This document shows positions 13,337 through 28,922 of a stretch of DNA of 64,000 bases, one piece after another. The stretch's first letter is position 1. Every line of letters starts with the position of its first letter. The position numbers were made by a program, and so were the translations under genes. The notes under the pieces are model-generated. The model saw only the letters and a program-made list of their open reading frames with translations. It did not search any database and had not been told where the DNA came from. This DNA comes from the human T2T-CHM13v2.0 reference genome, Homo sapiens. The stretch lies in the NCBI RefSeq assembly GCF_009914755.1, contig NC_060937.1; one strand, 5' to 3'.

Positions 13337-14499
13337 AGGCAAAGTTGTGAAGTACCTTTATTCTTTAACAAGGATCTATAATATTTGAATACTGATGTTT
13401 CAGTTAACCAAAATATCCTTTTTTGTGACATTCTCTCTAGACTCAGTTTTATAATTTGATATCATATTGTTAATTATAATCCAGGATATGTTTCATAGTT
13501 CTTTTCTGCTTCTGCAGTGTGACATCAAGCATATTTATTGTGCTTGTTTCACCTTAGTATCCTTTTATTGTCTAACTTTGGACAATATGAGAGAAAATTA
13601 ATGATATTATATAATTGCTGTGTGATATCATTTAACATTTAATGTTAAGAATATTTTCCCCTATGATAATCATTTGTTTACCATATGTTCCCTTAGAGCC
13701 TACTCTCAAGTTTTTGTGGGAATTGGTTACAGTATGTCATGTACAACAAATCTTCTGATGATATAATCAACACAATTAAGCAAATTAGATAATAAAGTCC
13801 TGTATTGACAAAAATGTTTTGATATCTTGTAAATTTTTTAAAATTTAAAGATTTTTTAAAAAGCCAAAACATTTTATTATTTCTTATGACCTAGCAGAAA
13901 AAACAAGAGTTGGGAGGAGGAGCCCAGTTTAGTTTGGTGCTTTATTTAAGAGATCTCATCTCTTCTTAGATGAGATCTCTCCTTACCAGACAATAGAAAA
14001 TAGGAAATGATTTTAAGCATGAGGGTCAGATTAGGAAGTTTGCTATACTGCCAACTATTTCTTGCTTAATATCATTCAGAATGGCATTGTTATTTTTCCT
14101 GAACTTTTATTGGCCTCCCAAAATACCCTGTTGATTATCTTGAAATCTGAGTATAAAACATTATAAAACCAAGTACAAAGGTTTTTGAGGATATCCTTTA
14201 ATATTATGCAGGGCACTTACGTTGTTAGGACAGACAGGAGTTGACTGTATTTTTACATTCTCTTAAGATATATATTTATAAAGTTTTATCCCATAGAACT
14301 GAAAGCTGTATAAAATTCACTTGGAAAATTCAGTGATTAAGAGCACAGACTCTGGTATCAAGTATATATGCGTACAAATACCAGTTTAACACCTATTAAA
14401 TGGGTGACCCCAGTTTAATCATCTGTAAAATAGAGATAATAGATTAGTTTTAACTGCATAAAGTTGCCGTGAAGATTAAATTATATAATATATGTGAAT

Positions 14500-14972
14500 T
14501 TCTTTTTTTGGAAGTTTTTTTCTTTTTTAAACTTTTAGGTTCAGGGTTACACGTGCAGGTTTATTATAAAGATAAACTTGTGTCACAGGGGTTTGTTGTA
14601 TAGATTATTTTGTCACCCAAGTACTAAGCCTAGTACCCAATAGTTATTTTTTCTGCTCCTCTCTTACCTCCTACCCTCCACCCTCAGGTAGGCCTCAGTG
14701 TCTGTTTTTCCCCTCTTACTATTTAGCTCCCACATGTAAGTGAGAACATGTGATATTTGGTTTTCTGTTTCTGCATTAGTTTGCTGAGGATAATGGCTTC
14801 CAGTTCATCCATGTTTCTGCAAAGCCCACGATCTCATTACTTTTTGTGGCTGCGTAGTATTCCATGGTGTTTATGTACCACATTTTCTTTATCCTGTCTA
14901 CCACTGATGGGCATTTAGGTTGATTCCATATGTTTGCTGTTGTAAATATTGCCACAGTGAACATATGTCTGC
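14500..14972 (-). mobile_element. L1 (L1PA-type) 3' end inserted in a MIR
   Basis: ttcaggg..cgtgcaggtt, gtagtattccatggtg, gatgggcatttaggttgattcc; MIR-like sequence on both sides. Confidence 0.85.
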
Positions 14973-15676
14973 AACACATGGTACTTACTAACTACTCAAT
15001 AAATAGCAGCCAAGCAAAGCAGATTATTGCCCTGAGTCTGTCGCTTAGGCGCTGCCCTGTATGATCTTGGTCAAGCTTTTTTGTTTTGTTTTGTTTTTAG
15101 CTTTTCTATACTTTGGCTTCTTCATTTTTGAATTGAGAGTAATAATATTCTGCCTTGTTGGAATAATATAAGAATGATATGATGATACCTTTTTACATAA
15201 TACCTACCAAATATCAGGTGCTGAAAAAAATTTGGCTCCTGTTTCTTTCCATGTCTGTCACGAACGCAGAAGCTAGATATTTGTCCTAACACATTAAGTG
15301 GAAAGGTAAATGAAACTTATCTGCTTTCCTCTAGCCCTTTCTTTTCAGTCAGGCAATGTTGATTATGACAAGATAATTTTAAGATGTGAGTATATTCATT
15401 GAATCTCAGCTGTGTAGACTATATAACAGGTAGGTGAAGGCAAAATGGAGCCGATCCTTTTGATAACCTATTTTAAAAATACTGTATGTGTTCTAGATGA
15501 TACTATACATTCTGACATATTGCATATGAGAATTGTTTATTGAAATGTGTATTTGAGTCTTTGCCTTATGTTTTTCCTTGCAAGAGAATAGTGTCCTGCA
15601 ATATGACTCATGTCTGTAACAAAAAGCCTGAATTATTTTACAAAGCTGCCCAGGAAAATTGTTTTTATACCTGGTA

Positions 15677-15860
15677 TAGTAAGTCCTCACTTAATATCAC
15701 CCATGGGTTCTTGTAAACTGTGACTTTAAACAAAATGACTATAATGAAACCAATTTTTTAAATCAATGAAAGGATGTTGAAGGAAATGACATTATTCAGG
15801 GACCTGCCATACATCATTTTGCTTAAAATCACAGTTTTTAAGAACCTATCAACAGTATTG
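15677..15860. mobile_element. Tigger-family (Tigger6-like) non-autonomous element
   Basis: agtaagtcctcacttaa...ggttcttg..actgtgactttaa, with a reverse-complementary right end (ttaaaatcacagtttttaagaacc). Confidence 0.6.
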
Positions 15861-15877
15861 TGTATTATATGAAATGA

Positions 15878-16180
<303 letters not shown>

Positions 16181-16234
16181 ACATTTATGATTTTTAAGCT
16201 TTCTAAAAACTTTTGTAGAATTCTGTTTATAAAC

Positions 16235-16599
16235 TATATTAGTCCATTCTCAAGCTGCTATGAAGAAATACCCAAGACTGGGTAATTTATAAGGAAAAAG
16301 AGGTTTAATGGACTCACAGTTCCACATAGCTGGGGAGGCCTCAATAATGGCAGAAGGCAAAGGAGGAGCAAAGGCACATCTTACATAGTGGCAGCAGGCA
16401 AGAGAGCATGTGTAGGGGAATTGCCCTTTATAAAACCATCAGATCTCATGAGACTTAGTCACTATCATGAGAACAGCACAGGAAAACCCGCCCCCATCAT
16501 TCAGTTACCTCCCACCGGTTCCCCTCCCATGACATGAGGGGATTATGGGAGCTATAATTCAAGATAAGATTTGGGTGGAGACAGAGCCAAACCATATCA
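16235..16599 (-). mobile_element. THE1 solo LTR (MaLR)
   Basis: tattagtccattctc..gctgctatgaagaaatacccaagactgggtaatttat...gatttgggtggagacagagccaaaccatatca. Confidence 0.9.
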
Positions 16600-17289
16600 C
16601 TATATGTTACTCAAAAGCTCAGTAGTAGAAAAAAAAAAAGATGAAACCAAAACTGCTCCATTTGCCAGAAGGTCCAAGAACACCACTCCACATACCCCCA
16701 CTGCCAGCCAGATGCATTCTAGGGAGGTGTTTGAAATCTCTGGTCTAGGTACCATCATATTTAAAGTTATACTGGAGGTATATCATCATAGCTACATTTA
16801 GTTTTTATACTAAGCTTAAAAACTAGGCTTCTCTCATGTTGTTTAATCTTTACAGCAACAAACATGTATTAATATTAAAATGTATTAAGGTCCAAGAGAC
16901 TTAATATAATAATAACTAAAAGGAAATAAACACTGCCAGCAAAGCAGAATAGGTCTCATTTCCAGAGCTCACCATTAGGAGTCTGATCATTATTATCTTA
17001 AAGGCAGAGTGTTTTGAATGCCATACTTGTGCATATGAACTTTCCTTCCTTGTGTTTACTTTAGTTCAGTGGTTGGTGGACCTCAGTATGCATAATGCGT
17101 TGTGGAGTTTTATGTACAAAACTATGTGGAACTGATTTTCAGAGCATTGTAATTAATTATCAAGGAAATTTTGACGGAGTAATTTTCAGATTTTGTATTA
17201 TGTGCTCAACTAAAACTTAATATCTAGAATAAAATGGACCTTGCCATATATCTTCTAAAAAAATACAATGGTTCAGCAGAACATTCACC

Positions 17290-17368
17290 TATATATATAT
17301 ATATACACACATATATGTGCGTATGCGTATATGTGTGTATATATATGTGTGTGTGTGTATATATATAT
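17290..17368. repeat. Compound (TA)n/(TG)n microsatellite
   Basis: Alternating purine-pyrimidine run. Confidence 0.9.
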
Positions 17369-17573
17369 GAAATTTGGATTTTACTGAACTTATCTCATTA
17401 TTTAGAGGGCCACATGGTGATGAAATTTATGAAATAGGTTTTTAAAGCTCCCCCTTTTTTACTTTAAAATTATTTGCATAGTAATCCTTTATAATATTAG
17501 TATTTACTAATATGGAGTATTTGTTATTTTAAGGAGTTTACCTTTTTACAGTCATTTTTGGAGGGTGATGTAA

Positions 17574-17911
<338 letters not shown>

Positions 17912-19527
17912 TACAATCCTAATTTCTATTTTAAGATACAAATCATAGTTTCAGCCCTAAAGTTATTTAGAATCTACCTAACACAACATGCCAAATACAT
18001 ACAGAACAGCTAGAAAACATAAGTAATAAAGGCAAGATGTGCCACAGAGCACCTGTGTAGCAAAAAAAGGAGTTGATAAATGTAGATTAGCCACAGAAAT
18101 CGAAATCATTGAGCTGTAATTTTTCAGTGTAATTTTTTTTGTTTCTTAATAGGCAGTTAAACAGTATAGTGTTCATACCTCTGGTATGATGTTTAACAGT
18201 TATTTTCTCAAAATTCAGTAGTCTTTTAACCAGACAATGTTTAATTGTTTATCTGGGAGGTACCTACAAGCCAAAAAGTAAGTTTAGAATGCTGCTTCAA
18301 AGACATAGGTAAACAGCCAAGAGGAATACTCTTAAGTCCTTATAGGAAAATATTTAATTCATTTTACTCATGGAAGACTATTTTATGTGCCTACTCAGCA
18401 ATTAATAGTGCATTTTAATGTGCTTGGTGATCTATCACTTACCCACAGATCAGAGGTAGCAAGTAACTAGCAAGGAACTGCCAAAGACTAGAACAATAGC
18501 AGAATCAAGGATTGACAGCTGATAGCATAGGGGAGGCACTGTTCAAAATAGAACTTAAATGAATAACATTCTAGGTCCATTTAGTAGGAGGACAAGCAAA
18601 CATCTGCAGACCTTGAGAGTTTAATTGGTAATAATGACAATGCTGTGAGCCATCCAAGAAATGTTAAGTTAGGTTATTTACACTTTATTTTCAAAATGCA
18701 GGAGATATCTAATACAGTCTCATAAGCATCCTTTACTTTCATGTGTGCTAGGTTATGTTAATCTTTTTACTTATATTATCTAATTTTTCTTTAAAATAAA
18801 CCTGGGGGTAGGTTTTATTACGTGTATGCTACGTATGAGAAAATTGCAACTGAGTTTAAGCAAGACATACTTTCACAGCTAATAAGTAGTGGAATCAAGA
18901 ATTTGAACCTGTTTCTGACTAACTGTAAAAGCACATGCTTTTAGCTATTATGTTGTGGTTCATCCATGCAAATTAAATTATTTTGAGCTTTACAATAATT
19001 ACACTGTGCTTTAAGTCAACTATTATTATCCCCATTTGAGACTCAGAAAAGTTAAGTAGCTTAAACAAGATAGTATAGCTATTAAGTAGCAGTAGTAGGA
19101 TTTTGTTGTTGTTAGTGTTAATTTTTTTCCCTTGCCTAGAAAATGTACTAATAAGCAACATTTCCAATACTGGATACATTGGGTTTTACCCAAATAATTT
19201 TAGGATTATTTAATTATCTACTTTAATTTTTGTTTACAGCATAGGCTTTAACAGCCAAGCTTTTCCCATGGGTTTTTTTCACAAAGCTAAATAACTATGA
19301 GACATAAAGAGTTTTGAGATCCTCTGTAAAGGTAAAAGATAACTATAATGAAGCACTTGCTACATTCCAGGTACTGTTCTAACATTTCGTAGGCATTAAC
19401 TCATTTAATCCTTACAGTTGCTCTAGCCCTGTTTTACAGTGAGGAAACTGAAGCACCAAGAGGATAAAAATTTGATCAAGCTTACACAATCTTAAGTGGC
19501 AATACTGGCATTAAAATCCAGCAGTGT

Positions 19528-19864
<337 letters not shown>

Positions 19865-20212
19865 CTACACCGTATATACCGCCTTCCCCCCAAATAACTT
19901 AGAAGCATAAGTTTTCAAACTTACAGTATTGTCTGCAGAAGCTGACTCCCCTAACCTATATGTTGTTTTGTTTTTTAAATTGATTGAGAATAAGGATTGG
20001 CATTACAAAGGACTGAAGAAAAACACATGTAACATTGAATCAATGATTTATTTTGATGGTTAGTGGAATTAAGTGGAAAGCTGTAGTTTCATATTTGTCC
20101 ACAAGATGGTGAAATTCTCATTAGGTATAATTTTTTGAAACCCATATAAACCCTTAATTTATAATCTGCATTTGATGCTATTTATTATAAGCACTGTAAT
20201 TTCTTTTTACAG

Positions 20213-20283
20213 CCCATCTGCTGGCAAGGCTAAGATTAGAACAGCTCATAGGAGAGTCATGATTTTGAATCACCCAGATAAAG
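20213..20283 (+). CDS. DNAJC15: DNAJC15 exon 5, 71 nt, PSAGKAKIRTAHRRVMILNHPDK(G), contains the J-domain HPD motif
   Basis: Acceptor ttctttttacag, donor gtaggt at 20284; phase 2 to 1; HPD in frame. Confidence 0.97.
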
Positions 20284-23200
20284 GTAGGTAGAATTCCTAT
20301 TTTTCATAATATGTATATCAAAATATGCTGTGAATTCCTTTCAGATTAAAGTCATATATGATATATAGTTGAGATGGAAGTTTGTGCGCCACATGTATTG
20401 TGATTTTTTTCTCATAAATGAGCATTTAGGTTGGAGTTCAGTGATTCACACAAGTAGTGGATTTATATTATCTGCTTTCAAGAACTTAGTTGCTGGTTTT
20501 TATATATGACTTCCTGAACCATCTGATGCGCCTACCATTTTTATCAAGAAAAATCGAAAACACGAGTTATGGACTCTTTGGTTGTATAAACTGATTTGGG
20601 CATCACGAATTGTATTTATGTAACCTTCAATGTAAAAGCACAAGAGTTAGAGGATTTCCTCCAAATCTGTGAATGTAATATGTCATAGATGATTCTGAAT
20701 TTCTGAATTTTATTCTGGAAGGCTCTGAGGCTGAGCCATTTGTTTTTAACTGGCCAGGTTTTTAATGTAAATTTATCTTACAGAAAGACAATTATTATAA
20801 CTTTAACTACACTACAGCTGCTTGAGAGGGAAAGCCCATATGTTCATTGCTGTTTCTGCTTTAAAATAACAGATGGTAGAAAGTTACACTGTATTTCAGA
20901 AGTCAAAGGGGGGTGGGGGAGGAAAGTGAAGGGTTTCTTGGATTCTTATTTACAGACTTTCAGTTTCCTAATTATTTCAAAAAAATTAAAAACAAATTTT
21001 GGATTCCTCTCCATCCTAACCAGTACCAAAATAAGGCATTCTTTTTCAGCTTTCTCACTTAATTACTTACTATAAAAGTTTTTTTCGCTAAGCATCATCT
21101 CTGTTGGTTTTTGCACTTATTATTCTTTAGTGTGAATAAACATGAGAATAAACTTTCAAAAGAGGTTTTGCTAAAGATTTCTAAACAGTTTCAACAGTTA
21201 CTGAAAGATTCACTCAGCTAATTTACTTTGCATTGTGGGCTATCTTATGAGCAAGTAGTGTTTAAAGAATTACGATTTATTTTGAGATGGTATATTTATT
21301 TGAGGTGGGATTGTTGACTATAGTGGGCTTACTAACATCCTTTAGTCTCACCCTGTGTGGGGTAGCTGGGTGTGAAAGAATGGACTTCGGAGCAAGGGAT
21401 CAGCATTTTTCTTTGGCTTCTACCTTCCAGTCAGCATTGTGGCCTTGAAAACTCCCTTAACTCCAAATATGAGTTTTATTATTTGCAAAATGACAGGATT
21501 TATTTCTAAAGTCCTTTTTGTTTGCATGATTTAATAACCTTTTATGCCTATTCAATTAATGTAGAGGCTGTACCCTATGTTTCTGTTCAGATCAGATTTT
21601 TAACTTAAGAAAGATGCTTTTAATGTTTTTGGATTATTGTTCCCTCTGAGAATATATTGACAACTGTGGACTTTTTTTCCATATAACTGCTCATTCACCC
21701 AAAATTTATAAACATTTGGAGTTTCAGAAAGTTCATGCACTTCCTAAAACCCATCCATATACTCACAGTTAAGAACTCCTGCTCTAGTAAAAGTGTAGTG
21801 ATAGGAATGTTGGAACTTCTCTCTTTGATGGAGTTGAGAGATGATAGCTCATAAATCTAAAGATTATCCTTTGAGAAGGAAGATTGTTTTGTTTTCAATG
21901 GGAAGCTAACAGATTTTAAACAAAAATGCCTCATTGCCTTTGGTAAGCGAAATCCAAGAGTATTTGGGGAAGTATGAGAATGGGCAGCTTTTAATTTTGT
22001 TTCTTCTTCTTGGAATCCTTCAACATATTTACTTTAGCCAGGTCACCACTGGGTATTATAGGTAGTTGGAAATACTTAAATCTCATTTCCAGTGCTTCCG
22101 AATTCATGAATATGTTTCCCCACCCACCCCCAAGGAACTTTTCTGTTGGTTTTGCTACCAGCTGATAGAACAAGTTTGGAATTTCAAATGTGTGACCAAC
22201 TATAATTTGTTACACATTTCATTATCAGCTGTGCAAAGAAAGTGACACCAGAAAATTAGGTGTGGGAAATGGCTGAAAATAAATTTTTGTAATTAGTTTT
22301 AAATAAGCATTCAGACGTATTTTGGTAAAAAGGAAATTTTTCTTTTTCAATGTAGTGAGATAAAAAAATAATGCAGTAAAAACATTTCGTGTCCTTGATC
22401 TAATGCTTTCAAGGCTAATATCTTTTAGATTACTGCTTTTCTTAAATTGATGAAGAAAGAGGTTGGTGGTTATGAAATGAGTAGTTTTACAGTAATGCAT
22501 AGTGAATATAGAAGGGGAGAGGACAGATTGCTTAGAGATGTCTTACAGGCTGTCTAATGCAGTCTTAATCAATGTGTATTTTGCCTATTCTTACCAGTCC
22601 AGTTTGTGCAAGTTAAAAACAGAAACCAAAAGTAAACATTTAGAAAGCTTATAATATCGCCACGATACCCAAATGTGTGATACTTTTGTGCTATGTAAAA
22701 GTATTGGTCCACTAAAGATTGGAAATGTTTAAAATATTTAAAAAGTACACCTTTGCCGTAGCTTGAGAGGCACTGATCTAATCAATGCTGCCTCCTAAAT
22801 CTGGGCTTTCTGCTCTGTCCCGGGGAAAATGTCCTATTAGCTCTCCTTCAAGACTTTTAGTGATTAAGAGCTTCCTGTTTCACAAGGCAGCTTGCTTTAC
22901 TGGTGGACAGCTCTAACTACTAGAAAGTTCTTTCTTGCATTTAGATGAAATCTGCCTGCCTGCAGTGGGGAGATTCTCAACCTTTTCCCACTTACACACC
23001 TTTCAGTAAACACGCAGTATTCTCACACTTCCTTATTAGAGTGTTTAAGTCAAAATTAAATATTGGGATCAAAAACAAGTCAAAGTAATTATACTGTTGA
23101 ATGGATTTTCTCTAATTATTCTCATTGTAAAGTAAGCTAATTTTTATCTGAAGTCCTGATAATAATATATTGTAATTTCTTACAGTATATTACATTTAAA

Positions 23201-24498
23201 AATGTGTTCTAAATATTTAGAAAGAGATAATCTCCAAGAGTCAGCATGGATTCACTAAGAAAAGGTGATGCCTAATTAACTTGGTTTTTTTTTTTTTTGA
23301 TAGATTTACTGGACTGTTTGTTTTGGAGGGTTCATCTTTCTTTTCCCTTCATTTCAGCATTTTAGATTTAAGGCTTTGTGTTAACTAATTTTTTTGGTAA
23401 AGAGAAAATTTTGTTTTATGCATTGATTTTCCTTGATAAATGCTGAGATCCTTAAAAGTGAAGAACGTGGCTTACTCTTCTTTATAACTTATATGGCTGA
23501 CACATCATAAACTCTAAATTCGTAAGTTTTTTTGGTGAGTAAATGAATAAACAAATGGATAAAAACAAGGCAAACACTTGGTAGGTAAAACAGAATTGGT
23601 AGTGATAACTAATACATTAAATAATTTCTTAGATTAGATTGATAGGAAACAACCTGACACTAATCTTCCATTTATTCAAAAATTATTTATTTAGCACCTA
23701 CTATGTGCCAGGCATTGTGCTAAATCTTAAGACAACTTCAACAAGACAATTAGATCTCTGTCCCCGTGGGATCATGCATTCTAATGGAGGAGCAGACAAA
23801 AAATAAGTAAACCTATTTCAAGTTGTAGCAAGGCGATAAAGGGTATAATGAGCCAAGATATAAAACACAGGAGAGAGGCAACTTTACATAGGATGACTGG
23901 GAAAACCTCTGTGAGGAGATGTACAGGATGAGAAGGAGCTAGCTGTGTGAAAAGTGGTAAACAAAGTAAAGGGGCTAATGTGCAAAGCCTCTGAGGGAGT
24001 GTGCTTAAGGACCTGAAGGAAAACTAGTGTGATAGGAATGTAATAGGCAAATGGAAAGATAGCATGAGATAAAGTGGTACCCAGATTTTTAAAACTAGGT
24101 ATGTATTATGATAATGAAATACTGTAGGTTCTATATAAGATTTTAACTTTGTTCCAAATGCAAAGGGAAGTTACTGTTAACTTTTAAACAGTAGAGTGAT
24201 ATAATTCAGTACACCTTTTAAGAAGTCATTTTTCTTTCATCGTCAATCTCTATTTTTGATTTTTAAGTATACTTTAATTGAAGTGTAATTTATGGGCAGA
24301 AAAGTGCACAAATCATAACTATATTCCTTTTTCACTTTGCCAGCCTTTGCACTGATGGTGTAAAAATATTGGTGGGTAAAACTGGTGGTGTCTTAACATT
24401 AGTCAAGGCAGTGACACCAGTCTATCCATATATATGCATATGGGAAAAATGAATCATGTGATGCCATATGCAAAATTAATTCTTAATGGATTATAACC

Positions 24499-24904
24499 TG
24501 TTAAAAGAAAAACTTCAGACAAATTTAGCAGAGTTTATTTGAGCAATGAATGATTCATGAATTGGGCAGCACTCAGAACCAGAAGAGGTTCAGAGGGCCC
24601 CCTTAACAGCATAAGCAGCAAGCTTTTATAGGCCAGATAAAGAAGCAAAGTAGATAAATTACCTGATTGGCTTCAGCTAGGCATCTGCCTTGTTTTGCAT
24701 GGGCATGGTATGATGAAACATTTACCTTGTTTGAGCATGGTGTGATGAGTTGGCTGCTTGTGATCAGCTGAAACTATCTGTTTGTTATACTTCTAAGTTG
24801 GGTTTCAGTTTGTGTAAGTACTAAGTTAGGTTGTAGTTCATTACGTAGGAACTAAGTACAGAGACAGCCCCAGGCTAATGGCATCCTGCTTATTTAATTT
24901 AACA
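24499..24904 (-). mobile_element. ERV1-class solo LTR (MER57-like)
   Basis: TGTTAAA...TTTAACA termini, 4-bp TSD AACC (24495-24498, 24905-24908); CCAAT, TATAAAA and AATAAA on the minus strand. Confidence 0.8.
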
Positions 24905-25144
24905 AACCTAAATATGAAAGGTAAAACTAACTTCCATATTAAAAAAAACATAGACTTAGGCAAAGATTTCCTATACATGGCATAAATTAAAGGGGAAAAT
25001 TTTGCCTCTATTCATGAAAAAAACTAACTGGTTATTTTGCCTTTTTTTGAAAGTTGACAGATATTGTTATCAAGGCGCTCTGGCCTCTTAAAAGAAATTG
25101 GGCAGCATTCTTTACTTTCTGAACGTTTGTGTAAGATTAGTCTT

Positions 25145-25411
25145 CTTTCTTTCTTTTTTTTTTTTTTTTGAGATAGAGTCTTGCTCCGTTGCCCAGGCTG
25201 GAGTGCAGTGTTGCGATCTTGGCTCACTGCAAACTGCGCCTCCTGGGTTCACACCATTCTCCTGCCTCAGCCTCCTGAGTAGCTGGAACTACAGGCGCCC
25301 ACCACCACACCTGGCTAATTTTTTTGTATTTTTAGTAGAGATGGGGTTTCACTGTGTTAGCCAGGATGGTCTCCTGACATCGTGATCCACCCACCTTGGC
25401 CTCCCAAAGTG
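25145..25411 (-). mobile_element. AluY-like element, 5' truncated by ~30 nt
   Basis: TSD agattagtctt(c/a)tttct at 25134-25150 and 25412-25428. Confidence 0.93.
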
Positions 25412-25454
25412 AGATTAGTCTTATTTCTAGGTATTTGTAAGAGTTCACAAATGA

Positions 25455-25844
<390 letters not shown>

Positions 25845-27110
25845 TAAAAGATACACATCTCTTTCACATTTTTCATTTCTCCTTAATATCATTTTTGGTT
25901 AGTTTTTTTCTTAGGAATTTGTTCATTTCACCTAAAATTTCAGGTCTATTGTTACAAATGGGTTCATAATATCTTCTTATTACCTTGGTAATGTTTGTAA
26001 TTGCATTGTTAAGCCACATTTTTATTCCCAATATTAGTACTTTATTTGTATCATCTCTTATTAATCTGTTTATAAAATAATTTTTTGCATCATTGTTATT
26101 TCATTCCTTCCACTATCTTTGAGTTTATTTGCTGTTCTTTTTCTAATTTTTTGAAATGAATAGTCAGATCACTGGTTTCAGCTGTCATTCAGTTCAAAAT
26201 ACTGTAATTTTCATTATGATTTTTTTTCTTTGACCTGTGTGTTATTTGACATGCATTCCCTCATTTTTTAACAATAGAGGGTTTTGTAGTTATCTCTATA
26301 GTATTGATTGCTAGCTTAATTCCATTTGGGAAGAGAACATACTCTGATTTCAATAATCTAGCATATGGTCAATTTTGGGAAAAATTTGTGATCACTTGAA
26401 CAGAATGTATATTCTGCAGTTACTCTATGCAATGTTCTAGATATGTGAGTAAAGTTTGTTGACTGTATTGTTCAGATCTTCTGCATTCTTACTATTTCTT
26501 GTCTGCCTACTCCATTATCTGTTAAGATAGGGGTAAAACCTCCTACAGTGATTGTGGATTTGTCTGTTTCTTCATTTAGATTTTTTTGCTTATGGTGAAA
26601 AGGATTTTGGGGACAAATGATTTAGGATTGTTAAATCTTACATATGGATTTCTCCCTTGTTTTAAATATCTCTCATGATTTATAGTACTGCTTTTTGCCA
26701 TAAAGCCTACCTTATCGAAAATATGTATAGCTGTACCACCTTTCCTTTGGTTAGTGTTTACATGGTATATCTTTTTTCCATCTTTTTATTTTCAGCCTTT
26801 TTGTATCTCTCTTGTTGGTTTGTCTCTTCCAAGCAGAATGCAGTCATTTTAAGTGTGACAATTTTAGACTTTTAATGTAACTATTCAGTCCTTTTACATT
26901 TAATGTAGTTTACTGGTATTTGAATATATACATATACACACACACATGTGTGTGTGTATATATATATATAAATGTTACTTTTTGTTTTCTATTTGACTCA
27001 CCTATATTCCTTTTTCTGACCCTTTACTTTTAGCTGGTTCTGTTTTTTAAAAATTTTATACTTTTTTCTTTAGTAACTTGATAGATACATTTTTTTAAAA
27101 GACCATTTAT

Positions 27111-27370
27111 TTTGGGAGGCCTGGGCAGGAGGATTGCTTGGGCTCAGGAATTCAAGACCAGCCTGGGCAACATAGCAAGACCCTTTCTCCAGTAAAAATT
27201 TAAAAAAATTAGCTGGACATGGTGGCACATGCCAGTTGTTCCAGCTACTTGTGAAGCTGAGGTGGGAGGATTGCTTAAGCCTGGGAGATGGAGGCTACGG
27301 TGAGCTATGATCATGCTACTGTACTCCAACATAGGTGACAGAGTGAGACCCTGTCTCAAAGAAAACAAAA
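27111..27370 (+). mobile_element. AluJ-like element, 5' truncated
   Basis: ggaggattgcttg, caacatagcaagaccc, gacagagtgagaccctgtctc. Confidence 0.9.
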
Positions 27371-27830
27371 CTGTTTCTTTAGTGACTGTCCAAAGAATAC
27401 AGAATACTTTCTTGACTTACTACAGTCTGAAATAAAATATTACTTTGGCCACTCCTAAAGTAATACTGGGACTATTAATTTTTTCCAGTTCATTGTTCTT
27501 TCTTCTACACTGTCTAATTTCCTCTTAAACTATCTATTAAGCTCTTAATGTCATTTCTAAAATTTCCAGTTGATTCTTTTTTATGAAATCCAATTCTCTG
27601 TAAAATTCTCTGTAATTTTACGTATCTTTTCCATCTTCCCTCTGTTTTCTTAAATATATTACTTATAGTTATTTGGTTTTCAGGCCTTCTGTTTGTATGC
27701 AAAGTAATTTTTTTGAATGCCATACATTTTGTATGAAAGCAACAGTTTTCAAACTTTTTTGTCTCAGACCGAAAAAGACTTTATATGGATTCTATCTGTG
27801 AGTATTTACAATAATAGAAATTAACACTGA

Positions 27831-28157
<327 letters not shown>

Positions 28158-28734
28158 TAAAACTGAGAAAGTTTAAATATATTTACCTATTAATTCATTT
28201 TAAAATATTAAACTTCTTATATATTAGTATAGATAACATAATCTTTATAAAAATATATCTTTTCCACAATAAAATTTTTGAAGACTAATGAGTAAAGTGA
28301 CATTGTTTTACATTTTTGCACATCTCTTTTAATGTCTGGCTTAACAGAAAATACCCTGATATAAATATCAACCTCTACATTCATTCTGTTGTGATATGTT
28401 GTTTTGTTTAAATGTATGAAGAAAATACGACTTCACACAAATAGGTAGTTGGGAAAGGAAAGAGTATTTTATTCATCTTTTCAAATAATTGCAGATATTC
28501 TTCCTTGCTATTAAACCAGAACTCAACAAGTGGTAGCTTCTTAAAGATTAGTTGCATTTTGGAACCTGAAACCATGCCAATGAACTTTCAAGGTCTATTA
28601 TATTAAAATCTATTGGTCTATCTTTTACTTTGAATTTTTTTTTCCCATCTGTGATTTTGTAACGTCATTCATTGGTCAAATACTGCTTCACTGAGAGTTA
28701 CAAATCATCCAAATGTTGATGTATTTCATTTTAT

Positions 28735-28922
28735 CAGTATTTCTAAAGATGTGGTCCCCACACTGTCAGCAGCTTCCCCTGGGCAATTGTTAGACATGCA
28801 GACTCTTAGGTTCCACCCTAGACCTACTTAATCAGAAAACCTGGGGTTGGGGCCCAGCATTTTGTGTGTTACGAAGCCCTCCAGTTGATTCTAATGTACA
28901 CTAATGTTTGAGAATCACCGCT
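28735..28922. mobile_element. MER5A (hAT-Charlie)
   Basis: gtggtcccc..agcagc..ttgttaga.atgcagact...gacctact.aatcagaa...tttgagaatcac. Confidence 0.85.
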
